Shown here: positions 58,449 to 64,000 of the stretch, in pieces | Layout of the letters: each line of letters starts with the position of its first letter | Numbering within the stretch: position 1 is the first letter of the stretch | Source of the DNA: Candidatus Multivoradales bacterium | GTDB taxonomy: Bacteria; Acidobacteriota; Thermoanaerobaculia; Multivoradales; J023 | Length of the DNA stretch: 64,000 nucleotides | Assembly (NCBI GenBank): GCA_965248925.1 | Contig: CBDFLE010000005.1 | Coordinates: forward strand, 2,240,001-2,304,000 | Reading direction: 5' to 3' | The notes under the pieces: model-generated | What the model was told of the DNA's origin: nothing | The model's input: the letters and a program-made list of their open reading frames with translations, nothing else | Database searches by the model: none | Translations under genes and position numbers: made by a program

Positions 58449-59381
58449 ATGCCTGTGAAGCACCTTCTGAGCCTTGGAGATCTGAGCCCTGACGTAGTCC
58501 TCCACCTAGTGGACCGCGCGGTGGCTTTCTCCGCCTCCAAGCAACCTTCAAAGGTCCTGAAGGACAAGATCGTCGGCATCTACTTCAGCAAATCTTCGAC
58601 CCGCACCAGGACCTCATTCGCCGTCGGAGCGATGAAGCTCGGTGCCGATACGATCATTTACGGTGCTGGCGACTTGCAGCTCTGCACAGGCGAAACCCTC
58701 ACCGACACCTCGCGAGTTTTGTCGGGCTACCTCGATGGACTGGTGGTCAGGACCAACGGTCCGCAGGCCGAAATGGCGGCGCTCTGCCATGACCAGATGG
58801 CGGTCATCAACGCCATGAGCCAAGAGGAACACCCGACTCAAGCGATCGGTGACTTGGGTACTTTGAAAGAGTGCTTTGGCCACCTCGATGGGCTGCGGGT
58901 GCTCTACCTCGGCGACGGCAACAACACCACCACCGCACTGGCCCGGGCCTGCTCGATAGTTCCTGGGATGGAGTTCCACATCGTCACCCCGGAAGGTCAC
59001 GGCATCGACCCCAGCCTGCTGGCGCATTGTCACCACCGCGCCACCGCGAACGGCGGCAAGATCTCGCAGCAACACTCGATCAACGCGCTGCCCTCGGAAG
59101 TCGACGCGGTCTACACCACGCGCTGGCAGACGATGGGCGAAGGTAAGCCCGGCGACGACGGCTGGAAGGAGAAATTCCAACCCTATCGGGTCGACCAGGA
59201 GCTCATGGGGCGGGTTTCCAAAGCAGACGGGTCGACCATTTTCATGCATGACCTACCGGCCGTTCGCGGCGAGGACGTCACCGACGCGGTGCTTGACAGC
59301 AAGGCCAGCTGGGCCTGGCGGCAAGCCAACTTCAAGCTCTACAGCGCGATGGCCGTATTGGAGTGGTGCTTCGCCGGTTGA
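58449..59381 (+). CDS. Ornithine carbamoyltransferase-fold enzyme, probably a secondary-metabolism (diamino acid) carbamoyltransferase
   Basis: Carbamoyl-phosphate motifs SSTRTRTSF and HPTQ are present. Acceptor-side motifs are altered: YTTRWQTMG (canonical YTDxWxSMG) and MHDLPA (canonical HCLP). ATG 58449 follows GAGAGGA. Confidence 0.85.
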   Translation: MPVKHLLSLGDLSPDVVLHLVDRAVAFSASKQPSKVLKDKIVGIYFSKSSTRTRTSFAVGAMKLGADTIIYGAGDLQLCTGETLTDTSRVLSGYLDGLVVRTNGPQAEMAALCHDQMAVINAMSQEEHPTQAIGDLGTLKECFGHLDGLRVLYLGDGNNTTTALARACSIVPGMEFHIVTPEGHGIDPSLLAHCHHRATANGGKISQQHSINALPSEVDAVYTTRWQTMGEGKPGDDGWKEKFQPYRVDQELMGRVSKADGSTIFMHDLPAVRGEDVTDAVLDSKASWAWRQANFKLYSAMAVLEWCFAG

Positions 59382-59892
59382 TCGGGCTGCCGAATTTGCG
59401 GCCCGTTGGAAGACTGGGGAGATAATTCTCTAGCTGCGTGGCAAGCGGACCCTAACTAGGCGACAATCCCGTCGAAGGTGTAGGGTTTTACCGGAGAAGG
59501 CAGAAAAAGGGGCACAGGGAGAGAACAACACCTTGCCGCTCACGATCTTCGCCACGAGGTTCTGGCATGGCGATGAAATGGGGCGGCAACTCCGAAAATT
59601 CGGAGTAGGAGAGCATCGGTGGGGAGCGTGAAGATGCCCGTCCGACCTGGACCTTCGGCCGGGTGCAGCCTCGATACTTACAGGCCATTTGGCCAACTTC
59701 TGGCTCGCGATCCGCATTCCGAGGGAACGCGGCTGGTTGTGCTTGCGCTCGAGACAGGCCACCAGGCTCGCGCCCCTGTTCGCTACCTTGCCCTCTTGGG
59801 CGACCACCACCGCCGCAACCTGATCGACCCCGATCAGCTGCCAATGCAAACTTATCAGCCTACCCCAGGCTCCAAGGTTCCAAGGTGACGTG

Positions 59893-60309
59893 ATGAATCC
59901 TCTCGCCTGTCTACTCCCCAGCTTATGCGTCTGCCTCGTCTGGCTCGCCCAGCCGGCCGACGCCGCGACATCAACGGCGGCCGAGACGACCTTTCTTCCC
60001 GAGCTGACCGTGCTAGCCCTCGATCCAGCCGCCCAAGGCGCAGTAGTGAAGGTGGCAGACGGCGACTTGCTGTTGCTGGTCGCTGGCGATCTGCTGCCCG
60101 GTGAGGCGATCAAGGTGCGCCGCGTCCTGGCAGACCGGCTGGTGCTGAGTGAGCGCCTGCCCTCGGGCGTCCAGCGTCTCGCCTGGCTCTACCTGATCGA
60201 CCCCGACAGTGGTCGCTCGCAGCTGCGTTACCTCGACCGACTACCCGCTGACAACTCCCTCCAGCTGAGCCCGGCAACCCCGGATCTGGGCACGGAAGAC
60301 CGCCGATGA
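59893..60309 (+). CDS. Small hypothetical secreted protein
   Basis: Signal-peptide-like N-terminus (MNPLACLLPSLCVCLVWLAQPADA), AAGGTGA upstream, and a stop overlapping the next ATG (ATGA). Confidence 0.65.
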   Translation: MNPLACLLPSLCVCLVWLAQPADAATSTAAETTFLPELTVLALDPAAQGAVVKVADGDLLLLVAGDLLPGEAIKVRRVLADRLVLSERLPSGVQRLAWLYLIDPDSGRSQLRYLDRLPADNSLQLSPATPDLGTEDRR

Positions 60310-63300
60310 AGACCTGCCGCAGATCGTCGCTAGCTCTCATTCTCGGGCTACCCCTGCTCTTGGCACTGCTGTGGATCGGGGCATCGCCAGTGGCGGCAGA
60401 CTCGCTCTGGCTGAGCACCGATCCGCTTGCTACCAAGGATCCAGCAGCAGCGCCCAAGGCTGACCACGTCACCTTTCGCCAAGACCATGGTGTGGTGGCG
60501 GTGCTGGAGGTCGAAGGCAATTACGATCTGCGCATCGACGGTGTGCTCAACAGCGAGCTGCGGGCCGCGGTGGGCCAGGAATTCTTGGCTCACCATCCCG
60601 ACATCTACGATTTCCTGGTTGTTTTTACTTCTTTCGAAGTGGATCTGGGCCCGCAAGTGCTGGGCAACCATCTCGGCTTGCGCAATTCGGTCGCCGGCAT
60701 CGGCTTGCCACTGTTCGACAACAGCTCGCTGTTCGGCAGCAACAGCCGGTTACAGGGCTACATCGACATGCGGTCGGTAACCCAAAATCCCACCCAACCG
60801 CTGGCTGCAGAATTCGAATCCACCCTCACCGTGCTCAGCCACGAACTAATGCACCAATGGTGCTGCTATGTCGACTTTGAACTCGCCAATGGCTCGATCA
60901 GCGACTCGCTGCGAGCCGCCAACGGCCATTGGAGTTATCTGTTAGCTAGCGACGCCTCGGTGATGTACGGCGGTGAATGGCAGGACCAGGGTGACGGCAC
61001 CTTCAGCAACTTGCGACGCCAACGCGCCTACGGCCCGCTGGACCGCTATCTGGCCGGATGGCTGAGCACCGAGGAGGTGCCGGCGGCGCTGCTGATCGAC
61101 AATCCAGCGATCGACCCGGCCACTCCGCCGCCAGCACCGGGGACGCTGCTCAGCGGCATCGCCTCGGCGATCGAAATCGCCGCTGTGGTCGCCGCCGAGG
61201 GCCCGCGCCTGCCAGCCACCGACCAGGCGCAGCGGGACTTCCGCATCGCTTTTCTGCTGCTGCTGCGACCGGGCGAGGCCGTCGCCAATCGAGACCTGGC
61301 CGGCCTCGAGCGTGTCGCCGCCGAGATCGCCACCCGCTTCACCGTGCTCAGTGGCGGTCAGGCGCTGGCCGACAGCGGGCCTTTGGCCGACTCCGAGGGC
61401 ACGATTGGTACCCCAGGCGGCACTTTCGGTGGTGATCCACGACCCGCCCAGGACCTGGACCTAGCGGCCGCGCTGACCTGGCTGCGCGGCCGCCAACAGC
61501 CTGCCGGCTATTGGCAAGACACCGCCGGTACGCGGGTGCGCGACACGGTGATCGCCCTGCGCACCTTGAATGCTCTCGATCCCACCTTCACCGGCGCTCC
61601 GCAGGCCCTTGTCTGGCTGGCACAACAAGAGCAGCCCAGCACCGACTCGGTGGCTCGCCTGGCCGCCGCCCTGAGCCTCGCCGGGCAGGACGTCAGCAAC
61701 CTCCGCGAGCAGCTCGCCGGGCGCCAGAACGCCGGCGGCGGCTGGGGCATCGAAGCCAACGCGGCTAGCGATCCCCTCGACACCGCCCTGGCTTTAGTGG
61801 TCCTCGGCGGCGCCCTGGCCGAAGATCCGGCGGTCGGCTTTCTCGAAGCCAGCCAGCGGACTGATGGTGGTTGGGGACACGTTGCCGCAGGACCCAGTCG
61901 CACCACCACCACCACCACGGTACTCCGCGCTTTGCAGGCCGCCGATCGTCAGGGAGCTGCACTCGACGCCGCTTTGAGCTTTCTCGGCGGTCGTCAGAAT
62001 GGCAACGACGGCGGCTTTGGCGATAGCCCGTCGACGGTGCACGACACCGCCCAGGTGATCTCCACTTTGAGCCGCCTGGAAGCCCTCGAGCACATCGACT
62101 CGGCGGCAGCCAAGGACTTTCTCGCCGGCCGTCAAACCGACGATGGCAGCTGGGACGGCAGCGTTTACGCCACCGCCTTGGCGGTCGACTCCCTGCGCCG
62201 CTTCGAAGTCCCGGACTGGAACTTCGCCCAGGGCCTGTCGGCGCAGCCGGCTTCCCCCCGCGATGGCCAGCGGGTACAGCTCGAAGTGAGCGTGCGTAAC
62301 GCTAGCTCGGCGGCGGCGCCCGCCGCCACCTTGCGCTTCTACAACCACCCACCAGAGCAAGGGGGCATAGTGATCGGCGACGAAGTCCCGATCCCCGCCT
62401 TGCTCCTCGGTCAGAGCGCCACCCTGGGCACTACCTGGGACACTTTCGACCAGGCCGGGCCACGGCGACTGGTGGCGGTGATCGACCCTGACAATCTGGT
62501 CGCCGAAGCCGACGAATTGAACAATCGCAGCCAGCTCGATCTCACCGTCGAGCCACCCCCCGCCGGGATCGACCTGGAGATCGACGCCAGCGAAGTGATC
62601 GCCATGCCGGCGCACCCTACCCGTCTGCCTACTGCGGTCGAAATCGCCGCCGTAGTGCGCAACTTCGGCAGCAGCGACGCGGCAAACGTGGTCCTGCGCC
62701 TATTCCTCGGCGAGCCCGAGTTCGGCCAACTGCTCGACCAAATCGTGCTGCCCCAGGTCGCCGCCCGCAACAGCAGCAGCGGTCTCTTGACTTTCCAATT
62801 GAGCGATCCGGGCAGCTTCGAGCTGTGGGTCGAGGCGGCCCCGGAGGGCGATGTCGAGCCCAGCAACAACCGGGCGCTGGTGCGGGTGGAGACCGCCCCA
62901 GCCCTCGACCTGGAAATTCTGGCCAGCGACCTGCAAGTCTCCGCCGACCCTGCTGTGCTCGGTTCCGATGTCACCTTTACGGTGTTGGCGCACAACCGTG
63001 GCACGGTGGACTCGGTGAGTTTCGCCCTGGCTTTGTCGGTGAGCGACGGCACCGAGGTCCGCCAACTGCCGACCCTCAGCACCCAATTGGCCGCCGGCCA
63101 GACGGTCGAGCTGGAGATCCACTGGCGGGTCGATCTCACCGGCGCCTTGACCTTCACTGCCGCTGCCGACCCGGATGGGCTGCTGCCGGAGAACGACCGG
63201 GACAACAACCAGGCGAGCTTGGCTTTCACCGCCAGCGCATTGACCGAGCCCAACCTCAGCGTGGCATCGCTCGACCTGAGCTTCGACCCGGAACCGGCCC

Positions 63301-64000
63301 TCGCCGGCGCACCGCTACAGCTGTCGATTCTGCTGCGCAACACCGGCGGCACCGCCCTGAGCAATGTGGCGGTCGCTTTCTGGGACGGCCATCCGCAGCA
63401 GGGAGGCAGCCGCATCACCGAGACGACGGTCGCCGCCCTGGCCGCTGGCGACCAAGCCCTAGTCAGCGCCAGCTGGATGGTCAGCGGCGACCAAGATCGA
63501 CTGATCTATGCCACCGCCGACCCGGATGATGCGGTGGCCGAAATCGACGAGAGCGACAATCTCGCCTTCCGTCCACTGAGCGTTCTCGGTCTGCCCGACC
63601 TGGTGCTCTCGGACGCCGCCCTGAGCCTCACTCCCCCCTTCCCGACACCGGGGGAGACGGCCTTGCTCAGCGCCCGGATCAGCAACCTCGGCGAGCGCCC
63701 CGCCGGTCCTTTTGCGGTTCGTGCTCTGCGTCTCGACGCGGCCGGCAACGAAGTGCTGATCGGTGAGCAGAGCCTCAGCATTGCCGCCTTCGACGAGGAC
63801 TCGGTGAGCTTCTCCCTGACCCTGCCCGCGGACGATCAACCCGGACTGCTGCGGATCATCGCCGACGTCTTGGACGAGGTGGTCGAAGGCCACGAGGACA
63901 ACAACCAAGCCAGCTTGGCTTTCGCCGTTCAAGGCAGCGATTTCTTCGTCAGCGAGCGCTATTTCTCGCCCGACGGCGACGGTCTGCAAGACAGCACCCG
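60306..64000 (+). CDS. Large secreted multidomain protein (truncated): HExxH metallopeptidase-like domain, prenyltransferase/squalene-oxidase (QW) repeats, tandem CARDB/Ig-like repeats
   Basis: Absent from the ORF track (no stop in the window). Hand translation gives the signal peptide MKTCRRSSLALILGLPLLLALLWIGASPVAA; HELMH at 60840-60854, GHWS, SVMYG; repeats WLRGRQQPAGYW, RQNAGGGWG, SQRTDGGWG, RQTDDGSWDG; CARDB ends DPDNLVAEADELNN, DPDGLLPENDRDNN, DPDDAVAEIDESDN. Still in the same frame at the edge (YFSPDGDGLQDST). Confidence 0.85.
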   Translation, partial: MKTCRRSSLALILGLPLLLALLWIGASPVAADSLWLSTDPLATKDPAAAPKADHVTFRQDHGVVAVLEVEGNYDLRIDGVLNSELRAAVGQEFLAHHPDIYDFLVVFTSFEVDLGPQVLGNHLGLRNSVAGIGLPLFDNSSLFGSNSRLQGYIDMRSVTQNPTQPLAAEFESTLTVLSHELMHQWCCYVDFELANGSISDSLRAANGHWSYLLASDASVMYGGEWQDQGDGTFSNLRRQRAYGPLDRYLAGWLSTEEVPAALLIDNPAIDPATPPPAPGTLLSGIASAIEIAAVVAAEGPRLPATDQAQRDFRIAFLLLLRPGEAVANRDLAGLERVAAEIATRFTVLSGGQALADSGPLADSEGTIGTPGGTFGGDPRPAQDLDLAAALTWLRGRQQPAGYWQDTAGTRVRDTVIALRTLNALDPTFTGAPQALVWLAQQEQPSTDSVARLAAALSLAGQDVSNLREQLAGRQNAGGGWGIEANAASDPLDTALALVVLGGALAEDPAVGFLEASQRTDGGWGHVAAGPSRTTTTTTVLRALQAADRQGAALDAALSFLGGRQNGNDGGFGDSPSTVHDTAQVISTLSRLEALEHIDSAAAKDFLAGRQTDDGSWDGSVYATALAVDSLRRFEVPDWNFAQGLSAQPASPRDGQRVQLEVSVRNASSAAAPAATLRFYNHPPEQGGIVIGDEVPIPALLLGQSATLGTTWDTFDQAGPRRLVAVIDPDNLVAEADELNNRSQLDLTVEPPPAGIDLEIDASEVIAMPAHPTRLPTAVEIAAVVRNFGSSDAANVVLRLFLGEPEFGQLLDQIVLPQVAARNSSSGLLTFQLSDPGSFELWVEAAPEGDVEPSNNRALVRVETAPALDLEILASDLQVSADPAVLGSDVTFTVLAHNRGTVDSVSFALALSVSDGTEVRQLPTLSTQLAAGQTVELEIHWRVDLTGALTFTAAADPDGLLPENDRDNNQASLAFTASALTEPNLSVASLDLSFDPEPALAGAPLQLSILLRNTGGTALSNVAVAFWDGHPQQGGSRITETTVAALAAGDQALVSASWMVSGDQDRLIYATADPDDAVAEIDESDNLAFRPLSVLGLPDLVLSDAALSLTPPFPTPGETALLSARISNLGERPAGPFAVRALRLDAAGNEVLIGEQSLSIAAFDEDSVSFSLTLPADDQPGLLRIIADVLDEVVEGHEDNNQASLAFAVQGSDFFVSERYFSPDGDGLQDST

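Noticed and set aside
59382-59892. Short ORFs or an ncRNA in the gap after the carbamoyltransferase
   Set aside because: No recognisable protein motif, RNA family or clear intrinsic terminator.
61902-61919. (ACC)n microsatellite
   Set aside because: It is a short in-frame Thr run, with no sign of phase variation.
61450-62210. QW repeats as a squalene-hopene cyclase tailoring the NRPS product
   Set aside because: They are part of a secreted CARDB protein, no DxDD catalytic motif was noticed, and the gene is separated from the cluster.
61508-63989. Minus-strand ORFs (e.g. 61794-62615, 62411-63418)
   Set aside because: They are shadows of the open plus-strand CARDB gene.
1-64000. CRISPR arrays, tRNA/rRNA, transposases, PKS KS domains, TE or MbtH genes
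   Set aside because: None were recognised. Repeats are explained by NRPS paralogy, and chain-release functions presumably lie beyond the left edge.

Overview
GC-rich bacterial DNA. About 56 kb (<1..55770, minus strand) is one co-directional, tightly coupled NRPS operon for a heavily tailored lipopeptide. It has six NRPS genes (the last runs off the left edge, and no thioesterase is in the window) and one embedded TauD/SyrP-type dioxygenase. Domain order read by hand: FAAL-ACP-C-A1-T-C-A2(Ser)-T-E-C-A3(Gln)-T-C-A4(Gly, split by a luciferase-like monooxygenase)-T | C-A5(Thr)-T-CmodAA-A6(Gly)-T-C | TauD | I-A7(Gln, N-MT)-T-C | A8(acidic?)-T-C | I-A9(Glu, FkbM MT)-T-C-A10(Gln, PRMT/TioN-like MT)-T-C-A11(Dab-like)-T-C-A12(Thr-like variant)-T-E | C-A13(Gln/Dap-like)-T-C... 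A divergent plus-strand pair encodes a membrane M28 peptidase and a non-canonical ornithine-carbamoyltransferase-fold enzyme. After these come a small secreted protein and a very large secreted HExxH/QW-repeat/CARDB protein that runs off the right edge. The most notable features are an internal oxidase-bearing Gly module that may split the product, two interface domains on Gln/Glu modules with a single visible hydroxylase, three different embedded methyltransferase types, and a recently duplicated Gln A domain of which only one copy carries a methyltransferase. Substrate calls are manual Stachelhaus-code readings against GrsA, and domain boundaries are approximate. No database search was run.
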